Shown: positions 36,019 to 44,731 of the stretch, piece by piece
Layout: the number at the start of each line of letters is the position of its first letter
Numbering within the stretch: the stretch's first letter is position 1
Notes under the pieces: model-generated
The model's database searches: none
Told to the model about the DNA's origin: nothing
What the model saw: only the letters and a program-made list of their open reading frames with translations
From: Polyangiales bacterium
GTDB lineage: Bacteria > Myxococcota_A > Polyangia > Polyangiales > Polyangiaceae
Reading direction: 5' to 3'
DNA length: 64,000 bases
Assembly (NCBI GenBank): GCA_038230375.1
Contig: JBBRNJ010000035.1
Coordinates: 21,379-85,378, forward strand
Translations under genes and position numbers: made by a program

Positions 36019-36957
36019 TCAGTCGTCGTCGTTGGTGCCGGTCGCGGGGACGCCGGGGAAGCGGACCACGTCCACCTGCAGGCTCTCGTCCGTCACGTCG
36101 ACCTGCAGGAAATGGTGGAATGCATGCTCGGGCCCGGAGTCCGTGAGCGGCGCGCCGAGCCCGCCCGTGATGTAGCTCGGGATGTCACCTTGCACGAACC
36201 TGGAGAACTGGTGCAGGTGGCTCGCGACGATGAGCGAGACGCGATGCCGCATCATGATCTCGAGCGCGGCAACGGAGTCCTTCACAGCGGCCTCGCCGTC
36301 GTCGTCCATGCTGTGGCGTGAGACAGGGTTGTTCGCGAGTGGCTTGTGCATGCCGACGATCACGTGCGTGGTGACAGCGGTTCCGCGCGCCGACACCAGG
36401 TCCTTCTCGAGCCAGTCCAGTTGCTCCTGGCCGAAGCCCCTCTGGCTCACGTTGTCGAGCGCGATGAAGTGGACGCCGCCCGGAAGATCCACCGAGTAGA
36501 CCACCGCATGCGGGAGCGAGCTCTTCACCGGCGTACGCGCGTTGTCCAGGAAGCGCGCGCGGAACTTCTTCTTCGAATGATGGGTGCGGATGTTGAGCCC
36601 GCCGAACATCTTCACCTCGTGGTTGCCCACCACCGGGAAGAAGGGCATGGGGTCCAGGATGCGGAGCTCGTCGGAGAAGTGGCCCGCGAGCTCGGGCGTG
36701 AGCTCCATGTCGCCCAGGAACATGAACGCGCTCGCACCACGTGCGTGCGCCTGACGGAACGCCCACGGGACCACGTTGGCAGTGTCGTCGCGCGAGTCGC
36801 CGCCGATGATGTAGCGGTGCGTGCCGCTCGCGGGGCCCGTGGGCACGGGCGCGGCGTCGCCGGCCCTGGGCGCGGGCGTGGCTCCACCGCCGCATGCGAG
36901 CAGCGTGGCCGCACAGAGCAAGAGAGCGCGAATCGAGGGCGAAAACAGCAAGATCAG
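36019..36957 (-). CDS. Calcineurin-like metallophosphoesterase lipoprotein (start uncertain)
   Basis: GDSR, LGD, VGNHE, H.P, SHLH, TGGLGA. Confidence 0.88.
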   Translation of the reverse strand: MILLFSPSIRALLLCAATLLACGGGATPAPRAGDAAPVPTGPASGTHRYIIGGDSRDDTANVVPWAFRQAHARGASAFMFLGDMELTPELAGHFSDELRILDPMPFFPVVGNHEVKMFGGLNIRTHHSKKKFRARFLDNARTPVKSSLPHAVVYSVDLPGGVHFIALDNVSQRGFGQEQLDWLEKDLVSARGTAVTTHVIVGMHKPLANNPVSRHSMDDDGEAAVKDSVAALEIMMRHRVSLIVASHLHQFSRFVQGDIPSYITGGLGAPLTDSGPEHAFHHFLQVDVTDESLQVDVVRFPGVPATGTNDDD

Positions 36958-38906
36958 TGACCTCCGTCCTGCGCGCGCGCAGGCAGGTGGGTGAGGAGCT
37001 GGGTGAGCGTCCATCGTGACATCTCCTCCGCGCCCGCGCCGTCAGGATGCAGACCGTCTGGCCGCTGCGACACTCCGTCGATCGCGCGGATGCAGTCCTG
37101 CGTGGGGCAGACGTGGCCCATGAGGTCCAGCGTGGGCAGCTGCTTCTCGTCCGCCACCTCCTTCAGGATGCCATCGAAGCACTCGACCCATTCGACCACG
37201 CCTTCGTAGCGCCATCGATCCATCGGGTACGGCACCAGGGTGATCACGACCTGCCCGGCGTTCGTGCCCATCTCGTCGATCAGCTCCACGAGGCGGGCCT
37301 TGTAGGTCGCATGCCAGCCCGCGTCGCATGCGTGCTCGGGCTGTCCATCGACCATCATCTTTGCGTAGTAGCCGCCGCCCAGCACGATGAGCGTGACATC
37401 GGGCTTGAGCTCCGCGGTGTCCGCAACCCAACGCGACGCGCAGCCGGGGTTCCTCTGCGTGCTGCCGGGCTTGCCGTGATTCACGGTCAGGTTCTGCACG
37501 ATGCTGCAGTCGCCCACGCCGCGATGCGCGACCCACATCCGTCGCTCGTCTTGACGGTGGCGCAGCGCCACGCCCAGCTTCTGCGCGACCGAGTCGCCAA
37601 CGACGAGCACGCGCGGCGTCCCCGCGGGAAGGTCGGACGCGGGCAGCAGGGTCTCCACGTCGGCCGAGTACGCGCCCGGGAACGGCGGATGGAACGAGTG
37701 CCCCTGCCCAGGCGGCGGCTCGTGCGTGGCGACCGGCGCCGGCGGAATCGGACGCGCGCGCGTTCCCGCGACCACCGAGAGCGCTGCGACGGCGAACGCA
37801 GCGGGCACGACCCAGATCGGCTTCCCGAACGGCAGGCCCTTCGTACGGATCGGGCGCTCGAAGAACCTGTCCGACAGCATGGCGGTAACGAGCGTGAGCG
37901 ACATGCGAAGGAGCTGCAGCTTGATCCCCTCGATGTGCGTTCGATCAGGGGTGAGCAGGCAGTCGATGGGCCAGTGCCACAGGTAGACCCCGTAGCTGAT
38001 GGTCCCCATGTACGCGAGCGGCCGGATCGAGAAGAGGCGCGCAACGAGGCTCTTTTTCCCTGCGACCGCGCATGCGATGAGCACCAGGGCGAGCGCCTCG
38101 TTCAGCCAGAGCCCGCCGCGGTAAACGAACGCCCTCTGCCCGTCCAGCTTCACCCACGCGATGCCGAGCAGCACGATGGTGACGGCGCCGAACCCGTCCA
38201 GCACGCGCGCGGTGCGCACGCTCATCTCCGTCTTCGAGGGGAGCAGGATGGAGAGCACCACCCCCGCGAGGATCGAGGCCGCGCGCGTGTCCGTCCCGAA
38301 GTACACGCGCGAGGTGTGGTCCATGTCGTAGAGCACGAGCATGAGCAGCATGGAGCCCAGGAGGAGCGCGAGCGTCACGAAGAGCAGCGTCTTCCGGCCC
38401 TTCTTCAGCACGCCGAACACGAGCGTGACGATGAGCGGCCACGCGACGTAGAACTGCTCCTCGATCGCCAGGCTCCACGTGTGCTCGAGCGGCGACGGCG
38501 CGATGAAGAGATCCCAGTAGCTCTTCTCCGAGAGGATCGCGCGCCAGTTCGCGACGTACGCCAGCGTGGCGAGCGCGTCCTTGCGCAGCCCCGCGAGCTC
38601 GTCCGGGCTCGCGACGAACCGCGCATAGAGCGCGATGGCGGGCATGATGGAGAGGAGCGCGGGAAAGAGCCTGCGCGCACGACGCACCCAGAACGCCTTG
38701 AGATCGAGCGTGCCCGTCGCGTCGAGCTCCGCCAGTATGATCGACGTGATCAGATAGCCGGACAGCACGAAGAACAGGTCCACGCCCAGGTATCCACCAC
38801 GCAGCAGAGCGTCTGCATGGAAGAGCACCACGCCTATGACCGCCACGCCGCGCAGGCCGTCGAGCGCGGGCAGATGGGGAATCGTGGCGCGGTGGGCGGA
38901 GGCCAA
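36954..38906 (-). CDS. OafA/OatA-type acyltransferase-3 with C-terminal SGNH domain
   Basis: LDGLRG, GGYLGVDLFFVLSGYLI, HTWSLAIEEQFY, SYGVYLWH; GDS and DGLH SGNH motifs. Confidence 0.93.
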   Translation of the reverse strand: MASAHRATIPHLPALDGLRGVAVIGVVLFHADALLRGGYLGVDLFFVLSGYLITSIILAELDATGTLDLKAFWVRRARRLFPALLSIMPAIALYARFVASPDELAGLRKDALATLAYVANWRAILSEKSYWDLFIAPSPLEHTWSLAIEEQFYVAWPLIVTLVFGVLKKGRKTLLFVTLALLLGSMLLMLVLYDMDHTSRVYFGTDTRAASILAGVVLSILLPSKTEMSVRTARVLDGFGAVTIVLLGIAWVKLDGQRAFVYRGGLWLNEALALVLIACAVAGKKSLVARLFSIRPLAYMGTISYGVYLWHWPIDCLLTPDRTHIEGIKLQLLRMSLTLVTAMLSDRFFERPIRTKGLPFGKPIWVVPAAFAVAALSVVAGTRARPIPPAPVATHEPPPGQGHSFHPPFPGAYSADVETLLPASDLPAGTPRVLVVGDSVAQKLGVALRHRQDERRMWVAHRGVGDCSIVQNLTVNHGKPGSTQRNPGCASRWVADTAELKPDVTLIVLGGGYYAKMMVDGQPEHACDAGWHATYKARLVELIDEMGTNAGQVVITLVPYPMDRWRYEGVVEWVECFDGILKEVADEKQLPTLDLMGHVCPTQDCIRAIDGVSQRPDGLHPDGAGAEEMSRWTLTQLLTHLPARAQDGGH

Positions 38907-38946
38907 GACAGCCCACCTATAGCCCGAGCGCTGGTACGCTGCGTGA

Positions 38947-39612
38947 GTGAAAAGCACGGTCGAGACCATCATCCTCGTGCGGCATGACGTATCGTCGGCC
39001 AACCTGGATCCGTCGGTGTACAAGCAGCTTCCGGATCACACGATCCCGCTCGCTGATCCGCACTCCGAACGGCTCGCGCGCGCTGGGCTCCTGGTGCGCT
39101 CGTTGTCGCTCGCAGCGGAGAAGACCGCCAGCTGGTGCTCGCCCTACGTGCGGTGCGCACAGACCGAGGCCGCCGTGCTGGAGCACGCGTTCGGCGCGGA
39201 TGCGGTGCATATCCGGCGGCGCGAAGCGTTCCTCCTGCGCGAGCAAGACTTCGGCGACTGGGACAGCCTGACCGACGAAGAGGCGAAGCAGAAGCTGCCT
39301 GACTCCTTCGCGAAGCGGCAACGCCTGACGGACAACCTGGGCAAGTTCTACTTCCGCTATCCGAACGGAGAGAGCCGCGCGGACGTCGTGCAGCGCATCA
39401 TCCTGTTCTTCGGCAAGCTGCACCGGAGCGACTTCTCGCACCACATCGTGTTCCTGCACGGCGTGTCGCAGCGAGCGTTTCGCATGGCATGGTGCAACCG
39501 ACCCGTCGACTGGTTCGAGGAAGAACCCAACCCTGCGAACGCGAGCGTGCTGCTCATCCGCCGGGACACACACGGCGCATGGCACGAGGACTACATGTCA
39601 AGATCGACGTGA
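38947..39612 (+). CDS. Histidine phosphatase (phosphoglycerate mutase-like) family
   Basis: LVRHD (RHG variant), SPY.R..QT, LREQDFG, PNGES..DV, HG. Confidence 0.85.
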   Translation: MKSTVETIILVRHDVSSANLDPSVYKQLPDHTIPLADPHSERLARAGLLVRSLSLAAEKTASWCSPYVRCAQTEAAVLEHAFGADAVHIRRREAFLLREQDFGDWDSLTDEEAKQKLPDSFAKRQRLTDNLGKFYFRYPNGESRADVVQRIILFFGKLHRSDFSHHIVFLHGVSQRAFRMAWCNRPVDWFEEEPNPANASVLLIRRDTHGAWHEDYMSRST

Positions 39613-40359
39613 GGGGCTCTTCGCCTTTGCGCCAGTCTTGCGCGCGGGCTTCGGCGTGGCCTTCGCGCCCATCTTCACAGGCTTCACGCTCGCCTTCGGG
39701 CCCGCGAGCGTCGCGCTCTCCAGCAGGCTGCGCATCACGTTGAGCGTCTCCGCGATCACCGTCTCCTGTGCAAGGGCGGCGTCTGGCACCTTCATCGCAA
39801 GCGGACCATCCAGAAGCAGGCACGCGAGCCCGTGCGCGAGCGACCATCCCAGCACGACCAGCCCCTGCTGCGACCGACCCGGAAAGAGGCCTGCGTCGAT
39901 GCAGTCCTGCACCGCGGAATAGAGCTGCGCAAAGGCGCGATCGCCGCACGCCTTGGCAGTGGGAAAGCGCTGGATGTCCACGAAGTCGGGGCGGAACATC
40001 AGGCGGAACAGGGCCGGGTGATCGAACGCGAACTCCACGTAGATCCGGGCGAGCGCGGTGAATCTGGCGATGGGCGTCTCGCTCGGGTCGCGGCCCTTCT
40101 CCAGGCGGTCTGCGAGGATGGTGAAGCCCTCCTCGCACAGCGCGGCCAGGATGGACTCGCGGTCCTCGAAGTAGTGGTACGGCGCCTGATGGCTCACACC
40201 TGCGGCGCGCGCGACCTCACGCATGGAGAGCTTCGCGAGCCCACCCTCGGCGATCAGGCGTACCGCCGCGGCAAGCACGGCCGAGCGCACGTCCTCGTGG
40301 ATGAGCGCGGCCACCTTGGTGGCACCCCTTGGGTGGAGATCTGTGCGAGCGCGGCTCAT
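39598..40359 (-). CDS. TetR/AcrR-family regulator (WHG-type C-terminus)
   Basis: LSMREVARAAGVSHQAPYHYF; WSLAHG. Confidence 0.93.
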   Translation of the reverse strand: MSRARTDLHPRGATKVAALIHEDVRSAVLAAAVRLIAEGGLAKLSMREVARAAGVSHQAPYHYFEDRESILAALCEEGFTILADRLEKGRDPSETPIARFTALARIYVEFAFDHPALFRLMFRPDFVDIQRFPTAKACGDRAFAQLYSAVQDCIDAGLFPGRSQQGLVVLGWSLAHGLACLLLDGPLAMKVPDAALAQETVIAETLNVMRSLLESATLAGPKASVKPVKMGAKATPKPARKTGAKAKSPSRRS

Positions 40360-40415
40360 CCGATCTGAGAGTGCACCGCGCAATGAGGGCCGTCAAGGCC
40401 AGCCCATGCGCATTC

Positions 40416-40486
40416 TAGACACTGTCAATGGACAGTGTCTACTTGGGCCTTGACAGTGTCTGCCGGCGGCCTCATAGACACTGTCA
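40416..40486. promoter_or_regulatory. TetR operator array (4 copies of TAGACACTGTCA or its complement)
   Basis: Copies at 40416-40427, 40431-40441, 40451-40461, 40475-40486; the first two form an inverted repeat with perfect 11-bp arms. Confidence 0.8.
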
Positions 40487-40500
40487 GGGAGGAGTCACCC

Positions 40501-41559
40501 ATGAACATGTGGACGTCGCTCGGGGTGTTCTCTCTCGTGTCGCTGGCGTTGGTCTCTGGTTGCCAGGGGGCGGAGTCGGACGCGCACGCCGCGGAGCCGG
40601 CGCAGCTCGTGGAGGCGGACACCGCGGTGCGGCTCGGTGACGTGGAGGCTGGGCCGGTATCACGGCCGATTCGCGGCACCGGCGTGGTCAGGCTGAAGAG
40701 CGAGGCGGACCTCTCGTTCAAGGTGGGCGGCGTGATCGCCGCGCTCTACGTCGAGGAGGGCGCGCTCGTGCGCAAGGGTCAGGTCCTGGCGAGCCTGGAT
40801 CCCACGGAGGTGGACGCGGCGCTGCGTCAGGCAAAGGAGGGCACCACGAAGGCGGACCGCGATCTGGAGCGCGTGTCGAAGCTCACGGCGAGCGGCGCCC
40901 TGCCCACGGCCAACCTGGAGGACGCGCAGACCGCGGCGGCGCTATCGCACGCGGCGCTCACGGCGGCGCAGTTCAATTCGCAGCGCTCGCACATCGTGGC
41001 TCCCGACGACGGACGTATCGACCGGCGCATGGCGGAGAACGGCGAGATCGCGGCGCCAGGGCGACCCATCTTCCATCTGAGCGGGCGGTCGCGCGGCGCC
41101 GTGGTGAAGGTCGGGCTCACCGATCGCGACGTGCTTCGTGTGAAGGAGGGCGACCGCGCCCAGGTCGTGTGCGATGCACGCCCGGAGGCCCCGCTCGTTG
41201 GCGTGGTCTCACAGATCGCGACGGTCGCCTCCCCGTCTTCCGGCACGTTCGACGTGGAGATCCGCCTGGCCTCACCGCCCGCCGGCATGCTGTCGGGGCT
41301 CACGGCCAAGGTGGTGATCCCGCACGATGAGGACGCCGTCGCCGTGGTGCCGGTGAGCGCGCTCACGCTCGGCAGGGGCAACCTGGCGTCCGTGTTCACG
41401 GTGGTGGACGGGCACGCGAAGAAGGTCGACGTCACGATCGCGTTCCTCCTGGACGACCGCGCAGCGCTCTCCGCTGCAGCACTGCCGCGTGGCTCTCGCG
41501 TGGTCTCGGGCGGTGCGGCGGAGCTCTCCGACGGCATGCGGGTGCGCGTCGTCCAGTAA
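40501..41559 (+). CDS. RND efflux periplasmic adaptor (MFP)
   Basis: Lipobox SGC; LSFKVGG.I..V.EG..V.KGQ, APDDG, VPVSA. Confidence 0.93.
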   Translation: MNMWTSLGVFSLVSLALVSGCQGAESDAHAAEPAQLVEADTAVRLGDVEAGPVSRPIRGTGVVRLKSEADLSFKVGGVIAALYVEEGALVRKGQVLASLDPTEVDAALRQAKEGTTKADRDLERVSKLTASGALPTANLEDAQTAAALSHAALTAAQFNSQRSHIVAPDDGRIDRRMAENGEIAAPGRPIFHLSGRSRGAVVKVGLTDRDVLRVKEGDRAQVVCDARPEAPLVGVVSQIATVASPSSGTFDVEIRLASPPAGMLSGLTAKVVIPHDEDAVAVVPVSALTLGRGNLASVFTVVDGHAKKVDVTIAFLLDDRAALSAAALPRGSRVVSGGAAELSDGMRVRVVQ

Positions 41560-41611
41560 GGCACCACTCCGTCGCGATCCTCACAGAGGCTGTTTTTCAG
41601 GGAGAATTTGC

Positions 41612-44600
41612 ATGTTGAGCGCGTTTGCGGTCAAGCGTTGGCAGTTCACGCTCGTGGTGTTCATTGCGCTCTGCGCGCTGGGCGTGCAGTCGCTCCTGTC
41701 CATCCCCAAGTCGGAGGACCCCACGTTTCCCTTCGCCACGTTCGTGGTGGTCGCGGTGCTTCCTGGCGCAACGCCGAACGACATGGAGCGGCTGGTCGTC
41801 GATCCCGTGGAGACCAAGCTCAAGGCGCTGGACGACGTGAAGAAGCTGACCACCGAGATGGAGGACAGCCTGAGCGTCACGCAGATCGAGTTTCGCGCGG
41901 GCTCCGACCCCGACCGCAAGCGAGACGAGGTGCTGCGCGAGGTGACTGCGCGGCGGCCCACGCTGCCCGCGGAACTCGTTCGCCTGGACGTGAGGCAGTT
42001 CAACGCCGCAAAGGTGAACATCGCGGAGGTAGCGCTGCTGTCGGACACCGCGAGCTACCACGAGCTCGACATCCTGGCGCGCGCTCTCAAGAAGCGCGTG
42101 GAGAACCAGCCCGGCGTGGACGCAGTGGAGATCGCCGGCCTTCCGAAGCAAGAGGTGACGGTCACGCTGGACCTTCCGCGCATGGTCGCGCTGGGCCTGT
42201 CACCCGCGGAGCTCCTGTCCGCTGTCGGCGCGGAGAGCGCGAACGTGCCGGCGGGCAGCGTGGAGGCCGGTGCGCGCCGCTTCAACGTGAAGGCCAGCGG
42301 GGACTACGCGTCCACGGACGAGATCCGCGAGACCATCGTCCGGTCTGCAGGCGGCAGCGCCATCCGCGTGCGCGACGTGGCCACTGTCACCATGGGAGAC
42401 GTGGAGGCTGCGCCGCTTGCGCGGTGGAACGGCAAGCGCGCCGTGCTGATCGCCGTGAACCAGAAGGAGAACCAGAACGTCTTCCACTCCAAGGCAGGCA
42501 TAGACAAGGAGCTCGCCCTCTTCGAGAAGACGCTGCCGCAGACCGTCAGACTGGAGCGCGGCTTCGATCAGTCGAAGAACGTTGCGCACCGCATGAGCGG
42601 CTTCACGCGTGACTTCGGTCTCGCCATCTTCCTGGTGCTCATCACGCTCTTGCCGCTTGGCTGGCGCGCATCGCTGGTGGTGATGGTCTCCATTCCGCTG
42701 AGCCTGGCGATGGGCCTGTTCATGCTCGGCACCGTGGGCTTCTCGATCAACCAGCTCTCGATCGTGGGCTTCGTGCTCGCGCTGGGTCTGCTGGTGGATG
42801 ACTCCGTGGTCGTGGTGGAGAACATCACGCGCCACATCCGCGAGGGCAGCGCGCCGCGCGACGCCGCGATCGCCGCCACGCGACAGATCACGCTCAGCGT
42901 GCTGGGGTGCACCGCCACGCTGATCTTCGCGTTCGTGCCGCTGCTTGCGCTGCCAGGCACCGCGGGCCAGTTCATCCGAAGCCTTCCGGTGGCCGTGGTG
43001 TTCACGATTGCATCGTCGCTGCTGGTGTCGCTCACCATCGTGCCGTTCCTCTCCAGCCGCATCCTCAAGCGTGAAGGCGAGCACGGAAACGTGTTCTTTC
43101 GCGCAATGACGTATGTGATCGAGCTCACGTACCGCCCCATTCTTCGGCGCGCCGTCGCGTGGCCGAAGGTGACGCTCCTGATCGCGCTCGCGCTCTTTCT
43201 TGGCAGCCTCGCGCTGGTCCCGAAGATCGGCTTCTCGCTCTTCCCCAAGGCAGGCGTGCCGCAGTTCATGGTCAAGATCGAGGGCGAGGACGGCGCGAGC
43301 CTTGCGGAGACCGATCGCGCCGCGCGCTTCGTGGAGTCGGTGCTGTCGCGCCACCGCGAGGTGACGAACGTGGCCGTGACCGTGGGCAAGGGTCACCCGC
43401 AGATTTACTACAACGTGTCTCCGCGCAACGAGCGCGCGAACGTGTCGGACGTGTTTGCGGAGCTGCGCGCGGGAAGCGGCGAGCAAGGGCAACACGTCTT
43501 GGAAACCATCCGTGGGGAGCTGCGGGACTACGCAGGCGCGCGCCTGGATCTGGTGGAGTTCGAGAACGGTCCGCCGCTGGACGCGCCCGTGGCCATGCGC
43601 CTCCTGGGCGAGGACGCCGATACACTGGAGGTCGCCGCCGCGCGCGTGGAGGAGGTACTGACGAAGACGCCCGGAACGCGCACCGTGCGCAATCCGGCGC
43701 GCGACAAGCGAACCGACCTTCGTGTGGTCACCGATCGTGACAAGGCAGCCGTGCTGGGCGTTGCGGTGCCCGACGTGGATCGCGCTCTGCGGCTCGCGGT
43801 CGGAGGCATTGCCGCCGGGAAGTATCGAGACCCTGGCAGCGACGAGGCGTACGACATCCGCGTGACGCTGCCGCGTTCGCGCCCGAGCGCGGCGCCCGAC
43901 ATGAGCACGCTGTCGATGCTCTACGTACAGACGAATCGCGGAGCACCGCTGCCGCTCGCGCAGATCGCGGACGTGGAGCTGCTTCCGTCCGCGACGAAGA
44001 TCCGGCACTACGCGAAGGAGCGAAGCGTGACCGTGACGTCCGACGTCAGGTCGGGCTTCAACACGGATCGCGTGACGAAGGAGGTGCTCGCGAAGCTCGC
44101 CAACGTGGAGCTCCCGAAGGGCGTGCGCCTGGTCCCCGCGGGAGAGATCGAGAGCAGGCAAGAGAGCTTCGGCGGGCTGGGCGCTGCCATCATGATCGCC
44201 GCGTTCGGCGTGCTCGCGGTGCTCGTGCTGGAGTTCCGCACGTTCAGGAGCACGCTCATCGTGGCGTCCGTCATCCCGCTCGGGGTCATCGGCGGCCTGG
44301 TCGCGCTGTACCTCCATGGCGACACGCTCTCGTTCACGTCGAACATCGGCTTCGTCGCGCTCATGGGCATCGAGGTGAAGAACTCGATCCTCCTCGTGGA
44401 CTTCACGAACCAGCTGCGCGAGGACGGCATGTCCGTGGACCTTGCCACGCAGAAGGCAGGAGAGGCGCGCTTCGTCCCCATCCTGCTCACCACGCTCACG
44501 GCGGTCGGTGGCCTCTTGCCGCTCGTGCTGGAGCGGTCGAGCCTTTATTCCCCTCTCGCGCTCGTGATCCTGGGCGGACTGGTGAGCTCCACGTTGCTCG

Positions 44601-44722
44601 CGCGCGTGGTAACGCCTGTACTATACAAGCTTCTTGCGCCGGCTGTGGAACCACGGCACGCGCCCGCAACGGACGTGGCCTCAGGCGGTCTTTCTCTCGA
44701 CGGCGCGGTGCACGTGCAATAG
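41612..44722 (+). CDS. RND efflux permease (AcrB/CzcA family)
   Basis: PGA.P..ME, GLLVDDSVVVVEN, NSILLVD, RFVPILLT; RBS GGAG. Confidence 0.95.
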   Translation: MLSAFAVKRWQFTLVVFIALCALGVQSLLSIPKSEDPTFPFATFVVVAVLPGATPNDMERLVVDPVETKLKALDDVKKLTTEMEDSLSVTQIEFRAGSDPDRKRDEVLREVTARRPTLPAELVRLDVRQFNAAKVNIAEVALLSDTASYHELDILARALKKRVENQPGVDAVEIAGLPKQEVTVTLDLPRMVALGLSPAELLSAVGAESANVPAGSVEAGARRFNVKASGDYASTDEIRETIVRSAGGSAIRVRDVATVTMGDVEAAPLARWNGKRAVLIAVNQKENQNVFHSKAGIDKELALFEKTLPQTVRLERGFDQSKNVAHRMSGFTRDFGLAIFLVLITLLPLGWRASLVVMVSIPLSLAMGLFMLGTVGFSINQLSIVGFVLALGLLVDDSVVVVENITRHIREGSAPRDAAIAATRQITLSVLGCTATLIFAFVPLLALPGTAGQFIRSLPVAVVFTIASSLLVSLTIVPFLSSRILKREGEHGNVFFRAMTYVIELTYRPILRRAVAWPKVTLLIALALFLGSLALVPKIGFSLFPKAGVPQFMVKIEGEDGASLAETDRAARFVESVLSRHREVTNVAVTVGKGHPQIYYNVSPRNERANVSDVFAELRAGSGEQGQHVLETIRGELRDYAGARLDLVEFENGPPLDAPVAMRLLGEDADTLEVAAARVEEVLTKTPGTRTVRNPARDKRTDLRVVTDRDKAAVLGVAVPDVDRALRLAVGGIAAGKYRDPGSDEAYDIRVTLPRSRPSAAPDMSTLSMLYVQTNRGAPLPLAQIADVELLPSATKIRHYAKERSVTVTSDVRSGFNTDRVTKEVLAKLANVELPKGVRLVPAGEIESRQESFGGLGAAIMIAAFGVLAVLVLEFRTFRSTLIVASVIPLGVIGGLVALYLHGDTLSFTSNIGFVALMGIEVKNSILLVDFTNQLREDGMSVDLATQKAGEARFVPILLTTLTAVGGLLPLVLERSSLYSPLALVILGGLVSSTLLARVVTPVLYKLLAPAVEPRHAPATDVASGGLSLDGAVHVQ

Positions 44723-44731
44723 TCCTTCGCC

